The notes: generated by a model from the letters alone, not told the origin. A stretch of DNA of 29,043 nt from an uncultured Anaerolineales bacterium (GCA_964500755.1 CAZCPK010000002.1:1-29043); one strand, 5' to 3'. Shown: positions 16,515 through 24,495, numbered from the stretch's first letter. Numbers and translations: made by a program.

Positions 16515-16808
16515 TTAGGGCAGCGGTATCGCATTGCGTAACGTGAACATTCCCAGCAACATCAGAATTAGGCACACTTGAGCCATCGCTATTGATTCAA
16601 ATCCACCTATTCTTCGCAAACTGATTCCATTAAGAAGAGCCACTGACCAGATCATTGGTGTGCTGAGCAAGCTGAATCCTCTCCACAGAGGATCAACAAC
16701 CCAACCCAGGATGATGCCTGCAACTAAAAGCACTAGACCCAAGTAAAATAAACCTTGATATAGTTCTATCTCACGGATACTGGTTATCATTCGCTGTAAT
16801 CTGTTCAT
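16515..16808 (-). CDS. Small AT-rich 3-TM membrane protein inserted between tadE and tadG
   Basis: Three hydrophobic segments, ATGA overlap with tadE, about 40% GC in a hand-counted 60-nt line (16561-16620) versus about 75% at 16921-16980. Confidence 0.7.
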   Translation of the reverse strand: MNRLQRMITSIREIELYQGLFYLGLVLLVAGIILGWVVDPLWRGFSLLSTPMIWSVALLNGISLRRIGGFESIAMAQVCLILMLLGMFTLRNAIPLP

Positions 16809-17215
16809 GGATATCTCTCCATCACTTCATAGTGGATAGTCTGCAATGTCCGCGGAGCGGTAGGTACAAAAGGAATCTGGGCCTGAAAAGGCACGCTGCA
16901 GGTCACCGAGAACCTGCTCCCGAATGAGAGCGTGGGGGGATCGACCGCGCCGCCCCAGGCGTCGCGCACGGCGCAGGTCACGCTGGCGCCCGCGCTGCCC
17001 AGCAGCGAGTTGTCCACGCTGGTCTGCACGCCGGCCAGCGCCGCGCCCCAATCGTGCGGCGCCAGCGCGATCTGCCGGGCCGCCACCGCCGTGCCGTTCT
17101 CCAGCGCGTGCCGCGCAGAGTAACCTTGCGCCAGGCTTAGGCCCCCAAACAGTAGGATGAGTAATAGCAATAGCGTGATCATCAATTCCACCGTCGCTTG
17201 ACCTCTTTCTGTCAT
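16805..17215 (-). CDS. tadE: TadE pseudopilin (module 2)
   Basis: Canonical ERG|QATVELMITL, TM, ALENGTAVAARQIAL. Confidence 0.9.
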   Translation of the reverse strand: MTERGQATVELMITLLLLLILLFGGLSLAQGYSARHALENGTAVAARQIALAPHDWGAALAGVQTSVDNSLLGSAGASVTCAVRDAWGGAVDPPTLSFGSRFSVTCSVPFQAQIPFVPTAPRTLQTIHYEVMERYP

Positions 17216-17817
17216 AGCCAGGCTGCTCCCAATACATAGCCCACCGTCCCCAAAAATAGCCAGGGTAATAATGGGGCTACGGTCGCCGTCTCTGCCGAGG
17301 GACGCTCCCCCCGTTTCATGCGGGCCAGGGTGTTTTGTAGCGCGATCGGGGACGCTAGGCCATAGCGCCGTACAATTACCACTAGGCTGCCCAGCAGCAT
17401 GGCGCCAAAGAGAGCGCCAGATAACCCTAGCGTGGGCCAGAGGGCAGTGAGGACCATGAAGCTCTGCGCGTCAGCGCCGCCCCATACCCCCCAGCGAAAC
17501 AGGAGAATGGCAAAGCTCCACATTAAGAGCAGCACCGTGGTGGAAATATTCACTTGTACTCCTAATCCAAGCGCAGCGAGGATAAAAACCCCGACGACAG
17601 GAGATTCGGAATACACCACACTCACTAATACCAGAAACATTGCTATCCCGGCCGGCCACCAGGCGTCTGCAGGCGGCGCGACAACTCGCCAGATTCCTGC
17701 CAAGATCGTAGGTATAGTAATGAGCCAATGCGCAACACGCTGCTTGCGCAGATCCTGATAGGCAACTATCGCCAACCAGATCAAGATCCCCAGAATGATT
17801 TTGGTATCATAGCGCAT
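17212..17817 (-). CDS. cpaA: Prepilin peptidase CpaA/TadV (A24 family), module 2
   Basis: AYQDLRKQRVAHWL and WGGADAQSF aspartate motifs, multi-TM, C-terminal APLLPWLFLG. Confidence 0.9.
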   Translation of the reverse strand: MRYDTKIILGILIWLAIVAYQDLRKQRVAHWLITIPTILAGIWRVVAPPADAWWPAGIAMFLVLVSVVYSESPVVGVFILAALGLGVQVNISTTVLLLMWSFAILLFRWGVWGGADAQSFMVLTALWPTLGLSGALFGAMLLGSLVVIVRRYGLASPIALQNTLARMKRGERPSAETATVAPLLPWLFLGTVGYVLGAAWL

Positions 17818-17950
17818 GATTGTATTCCAATAATTTCTCCCTGATGCCCTGAGTCAACATCAGCAATGCCCCACCCACGATCAAGACGATGATCGAAATC
17901 ACGATTATGTACTCCACCAAAGTTTGGCCACGCGTGTCCTGTAGTAACAT
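17807..17950 (-). CDS. flp: Canonical Flp pilin, 47 aa (not in ORF track)
   Basis: Manual translation MLLQDTRG|QTLVEYIIVISIIVLIVGGALLMLTQGIREKLLEYNHAL*. GGAGG RBS, and the stop overlaps the cpaA start by 11 nt. Confidence 0.92.
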   Translation of the reverse strand: MLLQDTRGQTLVEYIIVISIIVLIVGGALLMLTQGIREKLLEYNHAL

Positions 17951-17967
17951 CTTCTTTTTGCCTCCCC

Positions 17968-17999
17968 GGGTGCGGGACGGCAGGTAATTTCCCGCACCC
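17968..17999. other. 10-bp GC-rich hairpin between the two module-2 flp genes
   Basis: GGGTGCGGGA-(12 nt)-TCCCGCACCC, directly before the RBS of the 47-aa pilin, with no U-tract on the minus strand. Confidence 0.7.
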
Positions 18000-18023
18000 T
18001 ACGCTACTGTGATTTCAGTGCTC

Positions 18024-18284
18024 TTAGAGACTGTTGATCCAACTGTCCACTTCTTGCGCTCGGCCTACGGTGGTGTTGACCAAATTGAGGACCATCCCCC
18101 CCACAATGACGAATATGAGAATGATGATTCCCAACCATTCGACAAAATCGGTTCCCCGATTATCAGCCAGGAGTGAATACCTCAGTCGCTGGGGTTTCAT
18201 CACTCCTGACCATACATTTACTGCTCGCTTGGGCTTCAATCGTGACCATACGTCTACTGCAAATTTTTGAATCTTCTTAAACAT
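18024..18284 (-). CDS. flp: Flp pilin with 44-aa internally duplicated leader (module 2)
   Basis: GGAGG RBS before the ATG at 18284, DNRG|TDFVEW, hydrophobic helix, about 42-aa mature protein. Confidence 0.85.
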   Translation of the reverse strand: MFKKIQKFAVDVWSRLKPKRAVNVWSGVMKPQRLRYSLLADNRGTDFVEWLGIIILIFVIVGGMVLNLVNTTVGRAQEVDSWINSL

Positions 18285-18330
18285 TTGTACCTCCCGAATA
18301 TAGTCGTGCACAGGTGAACGATTTGCTGAA

Positions 18331-19131
18331 TTACCTGCCCAGCGGCGCCGGACCCACACCTGCCAGTGTGTCCAGAAAGGCTTGTACGGCTGGGCTGAGT
18401 AACAACACTAATAAGGGCGACAATAAAGCCGCCAGTAGCGGAATGATCAAGCGAGTAGGTGCACTCTCCACTTGCTCACCCAGCTCCTGCTGTAATTCTG
18501 CGGTCATCTCAGCTGCTACTTCACGTAAAGCAGTGGATAGCCCGCTCGCACCGGCCTGCGCTGCACGGACTCGGGCCAGCAGGTGCCGGAGTTCTTGGCT
18601 GGATAGGTCTGCTGCTACTTTTTTCAACGCCGGGATAGGGCCTTGTGCGTATATGTTCGAACGCTGCTTGCGCAGCCGTTGCCAGAGAATGCCGTCCGGA
18701 TTTTCGTCTATCACGTGCAACAACGCCGCGCCTGGAGTAGGTACCAGTCCCAGCTGCAAACGCAATGAGGCTACCAGGTTGACGAGCTCCCGCTGGATCT
18801 GCCGCTGCCCGGCCTGGATACGTTGCCGCTTCCACAACAATGGCAGCAACCCGCCCAAAGCCCCGAGGAGACGCCCAGGGCCGTAGAACAAGGTAAGGCT
18901 AAGGGTTAGTCCGGCAAGTGCCCCCAACGCCATCCAGGGCGCCAGGGGAGGGATGTCAAACAGTTCCTCAGCTGATGGAGGCTCCTCTTCCGGTTTGTCC
19001 AACAAGACTTTGTAGATACGCTGGCGAGATATGCTGGCCCAGACGGCTTGTAGCCAATCGCTAAGGGCCAGGGTCAACAGCCCGACACCGGCAGCCGCCA
19101 ATCCGGCAGGGAGCAGTAGCCAGGTGGTCAT
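18331..19131 (-). CDS. tadC: TadC-like platform protein, module 2
   Basis: Start at 19131 (ATGA overlap), TMs, ELVNLVASLRLQLG...GLSTALREVAAEM...PTRLIIPL T2SSF pattern. Confidence 0.8.
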   Translation of the reverse strand: MTTWLLLPAGLAAAGVGLLTLALSDWLQAVWASISRQRIYKVLLDKPEEEPPSAEELFDIPPLAPWMALGALAGLTLSLTLFYGPGRLLGALGGLLPLLWKRQRIQAGQRQIQRELVNLVASLRLQLGLVPTPGAALLHVIDENPDGILWQRLRKQRSNIYAQGPIPALKKVAADLSSQELRHLLARVRAAQAGASGLSTALREVAAEMTAELQQELGEQVESAPTRLIIPLLAALLSPLLVLLLSPAVQAFLDTLAGVGPAPLGR

Positions 19132-20009
19132 AGGCTTTCCTCCAGATCTTTGATCTTGAAACGAAAGTAGAGCACGCCGGCGAGGCCCAGGGTAGTAGCG
19201 ACTATATACGTAGATGGTCGTGACATATAATACGAACGCCACAGGGGAAGCGAAGTTACCAGCGTCATGGCTGTAACGTTGGCCAGGAGCAAGGCCCGCA
19301 ACGTTGTCCGGGTCACCGTCAAAGTGACCTGGGCTCGTTCGGCCATGCGCCGAGATTTTATCGCTTGCTCGACCAGCTCATCGAGCAGTTGGCGCAGCTC
19401 CTTCGGAGTGGCTGCATGTCCATGTTTCAAGATGGTGGCCAAGCGCCGCAGCGTTTCGCCTTGTGTAGTCAGGGGCTGCACAGCCTTTTCCACCGGTTCC
19501 CCAGCGTTCAGCAGGCGAATTACCTCTGTCAGCGTCTGATACAGGGGTGATTCTGACAAATCCAGGTCCTCGAGCACGCCTTCCAGAGTACGCCGGAGGG
19601 ATTGCGTGATCCCATAGCGACTGCGTAGGGCGCTCAAGAAGAGCTCCTGCTGCGCACGATCCTCGGCGGTTCTATCGGGCTGCGATCGGTAGGCCCCCAG
19701 GGTACCTATGCCCCCCAGAAGCAGGGTCCAACAACCCAACGGATGCCGCCAGAGCAAGGCCAGCATCAAGCCGCCAACCGTGGGTAGCAACAGTGTCCAA
19801 GAGAAACTGAAACTCTGTTGTTTCCAGGAGATCTCGGCGCCGGTATCACTGTCCAGGTGAATGGAAAGCACTTGCTTTCCCCACCGTCGTCGTACTCCGG
19901 CAAATATATCCGCCAGTATCCCCAGGCCTGCGTGCGCCAACAGCCCCACGCCACCGGCAGCGACCAACGCAGGGAAACTCACCAGCGCTAAACTCCAGTT
20001 GATTGACAT
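19128..20009 (-). CDS. tadB: TadB-like platform protein, module 2
   Basis: TMs plus FLSALRSRYGITQSLRRTL...LLNAGEPVEKAV, C-terminal TM pair. AAGGAG RBS 11 nt before the ATG at 20009. Confidence 0.75.
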   Translation of the reverse strand: MSINWSLALVSFPALVAAGGVGLLAHAGLGILADIFAGVRRRWGKQVLSIHLDSDTGAEISWKQQSFSFSWTLLLPTVGGLMLALLWRHPLGCWTLLLGGIGTLGAYRSQPDRTAEDRAQQELFLSALRSRYGITQSLRRTLEGVLEDLDLSESPLYQTLTEVIRLLNAGEPVEKAVQPLTTQGETLRRLATILKHGHAATPKELRQLLDELVEQAIKSRRMAERAQVTLTVTRTTLRALLLANVTAMTLVTSLPLWRSYYMSRPSTYIVATTLGLAGVLYFRFKIKDLEESL

Positions 20010-20037
20010 TAAATTAAACACTCCTTATGACAACAAA

Positions 20038-20181
20038 ACACCCACCTGCTGGTCGGATCCAGGTTTCTGGATCTTGGCAGTGTGACCCCGGAGCACCGGG
20101 GTGCGACTGGACCAGATAGGTGGGTGTGACGATAAATCCACGTAAATGGCGGGGCCTCAATCTTTGAGGCGCGGCCTTTAC
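20038..20181. ncRNA. Candidate structured cis-element (three-way junction plus long hairpin) in the cpaF2-tadB2 intergenic region
   Basis: Outer stems ACACCCACCT/AGGTGGGTGT and CTGGTC/GACCAG enclose GATCCAG/CTGGATC and CCCCGG/CCGGGG hairpins. Second hairpin GTAAA.GGC.GCCTCAA/TTGAGGC.GCC.TTTAC at 20142-20181. No Rfam family recognised. Confidence 0.5.
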
Positions 20182-20331
20182 AACTTTACCGTGAGACCCG
20201 GCCCCCTCTCAGGGACGATTATTTGATTTGATAGTACTGCTACACTCCAAACTCTGTTTCTAACACCCGAATAATCATCTGTAACGCTCGCTTGACCGTC
20301 GCGGCGATGCGGCGAGCACGGTTTTCACTAC

Positions 20332-21609
20332 TCACGTTTCGGCTACCTCCCACATCTGTTGTAGTAGGGCGCGGCGCTGCGGCACGCGCCCTACGGGTAG
20401 ATAGTGTAAGTCATAGTCGCCGTTGGCGTCCAGGCCCCGCACGATGGCGACCTCGGCGACGTGCCGGTGACCTTCCTCCATGCTCAAGTGGATCACCAGG
20501 TTGACGCTCAAGGCGATCTGCTCTCGAATGGCCCGGTGGGGCAGGCCCGAGGCCAGCGCCTTGGTCTCCAGCCGGTAGAGTGCGCCGAGGGCATTACCCG
20601 CGTGGATCGTCGACCAGGCGCGTTTGCCCAGGTTGACGGCATCCAGGAACCTGGGGGCCTCGTCGCGGACGATCTCGCCGATCAGGAGCAGATCCGGACG
20701 CATCCGCGTAATGACCACGTTGAGCACCTCGTCCATAGTAGGAAAATCAGGCCGCTCGTCCGGCACGACGACGCGCAACGGATGGGGGTGCTCCAATTGC
20801 ACCTCTTTGAAGGTCTCGACGACGGCAACCTGCACCTGCGGCGGGACCAGCGACGCCAACGCGCCCAGCAGTGTGCTCTTGCCGCTGGAAAACTCACCGG
20901 AGATCAGCACCGACGCACTCACCGAACGGGCGACGTCGGCCAGGAAGACCGGTAATTGATTCTCTCGATTTGTTTCATTCAAGACCCAATCTGCTATCTC
21001 CGATGCAGTCTGTGCCGTTTCCGCTGTTTCTGGCAGCGGGGCCCAACTCCCGCTTGCTGTGTTTTCAGGAGATAGGAACATGCCCCGAGCGTCCAACCCC
21101 GCCAGCGTCAGGCGCTTACGGGGAAAACGCCGAATGTTGACGGCTGTACCTTCGGCACTGAGCGGCGGTACAATGGCCGTGAAACGCGATCCGTCCGGTA
21201 AATCGGCCAGCACGTAGGGCTTGGAGCCGGTCAACTGCCGACGGGTGTGATCGGCGGTCCGCGTGACCAGATCCTGAAACTCGGCATCCGGCGCCAATGT
21301 ACCCAGGTCCTCGATGCGTCCATTGCGTTCGACCTGGACAAAGCCCTTCCGCACAATGATCTCCTGGATGGTGTCCTCTGGATCATTGAGCAGCGGCTGC
21401 AGAATGCCCACCCCGGTCAACCGCCCGGCGATCTCACGGGCCGCCTCTTGAATGTTATCCACCTGCCGGCGCAGTTGCAGATCGACCAGGGCCTCGGCAA
21501 CCGCGCTGCGAAAGGCCGTATGGTGATTGTCCCCCCAGCCAGGAAAGTGCGCACCCTGGTTGAGTAAGTGCTGGCGTACTTGTTGAACGATCTCGCCGCT
21601 GATGGTCAT
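20332..21609 (-). CDS. cpaF: Divergent CpaF/TadA ATPase, module 2
   Basis: LTGVGILQPLL.D, RFTAIVPP..AVNIRRF, Walker A GEFSSGKS, RMRPDLLLIGEI, WSTIHA. Start at 21609 (ATGA overlap). Confidence 0.9.
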   Translation of the reverse strand: MTISGEIVQQVRQHLLNQGAHFPGWGDNHHTAFRSAVAEALVDLQLRRQVDNIQEAAREIAGRLTGVGILQPLLNDPEDTIQEIIVRKGFVQVERNGRIEDLGTLAPDAEFQDLVTRTADHTRRQLTGSKPYVLADLPDGSRFTAIVPPLSAEGTAVNIRRFPRKRLTLAGLDARGMFLSPENTASGSWAPLPETAETAQTASEIADWVLNETNRENQLPVFLADVARSVSASVLISGEFSSGKSTLLGALASLVPPQVQVAVVETFKEVQLEHPHPLRVVVPDERPDFPTMDEVLNVVITRMRPDLLLIGEIVRDEAPRFLDAVNLGKRAWSTIHAGNALGALYRLETKALASGLPHRAIREQIALSVNLVIHLSMEEGHRHVAEVAIVRGLDANGDYDLHYLPVGRVPQRRALLQQMWEVAET

Positions 21610-22124
21610 TCGGTTACCTCTTCTGCACCCCAATAGATAGAGTATTTACCACGATAGGTTAGCTCTCGCTTAACTACCGGTGCTCCATCTTCAGCCAGTC
21701 TTTCAACGATGATGATTGAGATCGCACCAGCGGCTTCCATGCGGACATACAAGGCCAATATGCTCCGTGGGTCGTATGCTTCTGATTCGCCCCCATACCG
21801 GTCAATGTGTTTGGTCTGGAGGATCGGTAAATCAGACATGATATTGACTTCATCAGTCAATACGCTACCAAATATCTGTGCTAGTCTACGCAGATATAGC
21901 GTATTAATTGCTATGAAATCTAGGCTATCACGATAATCATCATCCCACATAAACGGATGATAGTGATAATATCCTTCTTGGAAGAAGGGACGCTCGTCAA
22001 GGTCCGGTGTCCAGTCAATGACCAGGTAAATATGATCGTCATGCAACAGGATAGCCTGAGCTTTCCGATAACCTTCTGGAACGTCGTAATTTTGTACTTT
22101 GTTCATTCTCACCCTCGCTTTCAT
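21606..22124 (-). CDS. AT-rich hypothetical protein inserted between cpaB2 and cpaF2
   Basis: Open frame filling the gap with an ATGA overlap to cpaF2, about 38% GC in a hand-counted line (21841-21900). Start at 22124 or 22106. Confidence 0.7.
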   Translation of the reverse strand: MKARVRMNKVQNYDVPEGYRKAQAILLHDDHIYLVIDWTPDLDERPFFQEGYYHYHPFMWDDDYRDSLDFIAINTLYLRRLAQIFGSVLTDEVNIMSDLPILQTKHIDRYGGESEAYDPRSILALYVRMEAAGAISIIIVERLAEDGAPVVKRELTYRGKYSIYWGAEEVTE

Positions 22125-22131
22125 ACTGATG

Positions 22132-23205
22132 CTATTTATCTGTCTCCACCAGATACTCCCCAGACACCCATCCACTAATTGGCTCAGTGGCTGTCACCGG
22201 CGTGACGTAATACCAGGTCGTATCACTAATTGTCCAGGAGCCGTTTGGATTGGATTCTACCAGCGTGCCCTCGGGTAAGGAGCCGATCTCGGTCCCCGTG
22301 CGGGGTTGGTCGCGCACTCGCAATGCAATCCCCCCGGTGCCGGACACCCTCCAGGTCGTCACCGGGGCCGGGGTTGCCGTGGGCTGTGGCGTAGGTGTTG
22401 GTGTAGGTGTAGAGGTAGGCATACTTGTGGGAGTTGGTGATGGGGTAGGGTCCGGTTGCTCTGGTTCCGCTTGTGTATTGCGGGGAACAGGTCGAGATAA
22501 TGGAGCCAGAGCCGTCCAGAGTACAGCCTGGCCATTCTCTTCGGCGGTCAGCCAGTTTAAGAGCGTCTCCGTCTGGGTGACGGGCAAGGCTACCGTGAGA
22601 ATCTGCAGCGGAGCACGTTGACCACTGGCGTTCTGCTGTTCGTCCCCCGCGGTGTACTGGCCCGGGACGGCCTGTGCCTGGCGGGCCACGGCTTGCCCCT
22701 GATTCGTGCGCACGTCGACCACCGTCGCATCTTGCAGCACCAGCGTAGCGGTCAGCGTTGGGGTCACATGATTCTGGCGCGAGATGAGAGGCAGCGACCA
22801 GATGTCGATCCTATGCCCAGGTTGCACTTGTCCTCCAACGGCCCGGGTGGGGTCTACGGGCAACGAGACAACTGCTAACTGCGGATCGTCTACGAAGCGA
22901 TAATCTTCGAGCCGTACTGCGTGTGCTCGATAGATGACCAGGCCCGGTTGCAGAGGGATCTGCGCCACCTGTCCGACCAGACTCTCCAGCGTCGTGTAGA
23001 TCGGCTCCTCGAGCAGGGTGCGCGGGACCTCGCGTTCCTGTAAGAGCGCCGCGTTAATCAACGCGCCGGCCGGAATGGTTACGCGGGGTACCGGCACCGT
23101 CGCGGTCGTGGTCAACCGATCGAAATAGGTGTACACGCCATAGCCACTTCCTGCAGCCAGTAGGAGCGCGACAAATCCTAAAATAAGTTGGGTGCGTCGC
23201 TTCAT
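22132..23205 (-). CDS. cpaB: CpaB/RcpC (SAF) fused to PT linker and C-terminal SH3b-like domain, module 2
   Basis: TM, VPVPRVTIPAGALI SAF, SLPVDPTRAVGGQVQPGHRIDI, LVLQDATVVDV, LTVAL, then LRVRDQP..IGSLPEGTLV..WYYV..GWVSGEYL (SH3_3 pattern). Confidence 0.9.
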   Translation of the reverse strand: MKRRTQLILGFVALLLAAGSGYGVYTYFDRLTTTATVPVPRVTIPAGALINAALLQEREVPRTLLEEPIYTTLESLVGQVAQIPLQPGLVIYRAHAVRLEDYRFVDDPQLAVVSLPVDPTRAVGGQVQPGHRIDIWSLPLISRQNHVTPTLTATLVLQDATVVDVRTNQGQAVARQAQAVPGQYTAGDEQQNASGQRAPLQILTVALPVTQTETLLNWLTAEENGQAVLWTALAPLSRPVPRNTQAEPEQPDPTPSPTPTSMPTSTPTPTPTPQPTATPAPVTTWRVSGTGGIALRVRDQPRTGTEIGSLPEGTLVESNPNGSWTISDTTWYYVTPVTATEPISGWVSGEYLVETDK

Positions 23206-23543
23206 TGGGCACCCTTGTTCGAGCGCCACCGCACGTACTTCATGATCTCCACGCGCTCCTCAGGCGATAAGGTTTTCATAAGTTTATAAATTTTGAGAAA
23301 GGGATAAGATACTTCAGGTTCGGGTAGTTGCGATAGCAGGTCTGCCATACGAAGTACATGTTCCTCTGATAGATTCAGAGCAGGAGCTATAGATTTACAA
23401 AACTCAGCGTCTGCTTTTTGATAACCATCGATCACACGTAAAATCGTGGCTTGACTAGACTCACTGCGTCGGACGAGGTCATTTATACTCCATCCACGCT
23501 TTTCAAGTTCGAATCTTAACCATTCACCTAAATGCTCAGTCAT
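23202..23543 (-). CDS. XRE-family HTH transcriptional regulator (AT-rich insert)
   Basis: LGEWLRFELEKRGWSINDLVRRSESSQATILRVIDG..IAPALNLSEEHVL. About 38% GC in a hand-counted line (23281-23340). ATGA overlap with cpaB2. Confidence 0.88.
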   Translation of the reverse strand: MTEHLGEWLRFELEKRGWSINDLVRRSESSQATILRVIDGYQKADAEFCKSIAPALNLSEEHVLRMADLLSQLPEPEVSYPFLKIYKLMKTLSPEERVEIMKYVRWRSNKGAQ

Positions 23544-23544
23544 A

Positions 23545-24492
23545 TCATCCTCTCCATCCCGGATACACAGCCTGCAATACTTGCCGTCCCAGTTTACCGT
23601 TGAGCGGGTGCCGAACGGTCTTGAGTGCAAATGCCGGTTTTTCTGGCAGCGAGACACGCCCGGCGACGCCGGCGCGATTGAGGCCCAGAGCCACGTGGTT
23701 GTCTGTGTGTTCCCGCAGGTCCTGGGCCAGTTTTACCGCCGCTAGCTGAGCATCGGGGCGCTCGTCGGCCAGTACGTACATCCGCTCTGCAGCCACGTGT
23801 GTTATCAGTGGATGCCAGGCCGCCGCGTCGTAAGCGACGTAGATGTGCTCGGCATTTACTTGTTGCCAATGAGCGACAATCTGCTCTGTAGTCAGCAGCT
23901 CAGCCGTGGAGCCCTCCATGAGGGCCAGCGTCACACCTTCCCAGGTCGGATAGGCCGCGCCCTGCGTGACGACCTGGTAGAGGGTGTCGCCCTCGGCGCC
24001 GGTCACGGCCTGCAACGCCGAAGGGCCTGGCGCCAGTTCGACTACCGCCGTGGGCAGGCCCGTCTCGCGGTGAAAGACCAGCGCCGAGGCCAGAGCCAAC
24101 GTAGTCTTGCCCACGCCACCGGCCCAGGCTGTGAAAGCCACGCTGCGCGGAGGCAGCATCGATCCCAGGCCCGCCTGCGCTACGGCTTGTTCCAGGACCG
24201 CGACCGGATCCGCGACAAATGCCTGCCCATCTACGTGGAGCAGCTTAGGGCTGCGCAAGGCGCTCTCCAGGCGTTCCCGGTCGGCAGCTGTCCCGGCCAG
24301 GTCAGACAGATCGACGACGGCCAAATGCGCAGCCTGCAGTTCCTGATACGCGCCTGCGACGCTCAGCGCCTCGCGGCGCTCCAACTTCACGTCTCCCAGA
24401 TGTGCCGCGGCTTCTTCCAGAGCGGTCGGTGCCTGAGTGTGGCGCGTGGCCAAGAGGACGACTAACTGTTGCTTACGTCTCCAGAAAGGCAT
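23545..24492 (-). CDS. CpaE/TadZ-like ParA/MinD-type ATPase, module 2
   Basis: Receiver-like N-terminus, VAFTAWAGGVGKTTLALA P-loop, TAVVEL, LGLNR. Confidence 0.75.
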   Translation of the reverse strand: MPFWRRKQQLVVLLATRHTQAPTALEEAAAHLGDVKLERREALSVAGAYQELQAAHLAVVDLSDLAGTAADRERLESALRSPKLLHVDGQAFVADPVAVLEQAVAQAGLGSMLPPRSVAFTAWAGGVGKTTLALASALVFHRETGLPTAVVELAPGPSALQAVTGAEGDTLYQVVTQGAAYPTWEGVTLALMEGSTAELLTTEQIVAHWQQVNAEHIYVAYDAAAWHPLITHVAAERMYVLADERPDAQLAAVKLAQDLREHTDNHVALGLNRAGVAGRVSLPEKPAFALKTVRHPLNGKLGRQVLQAVYPGWRG

Positions 24493-24495
24493 CGA

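Noticed and set aside
20038-20240. Assignment as a c-di-GMP-I/II or c-di-AMP riboswitch or a hammerhead ribozyme
   Set aside because: The conserved cores (GEMM GGCAAA..GAAA..GACGCAAAGC, hammerhead CUGANGA/GAAA, ydaO GCUGAAUCC) are not present on either strand.
20231-20262. Possible minus-strand promoter with a TACTAT -10 upstream of the structured element
   Set aside because: There is no credible -35 at 16-18 nt spacing, so it is too weak to call.
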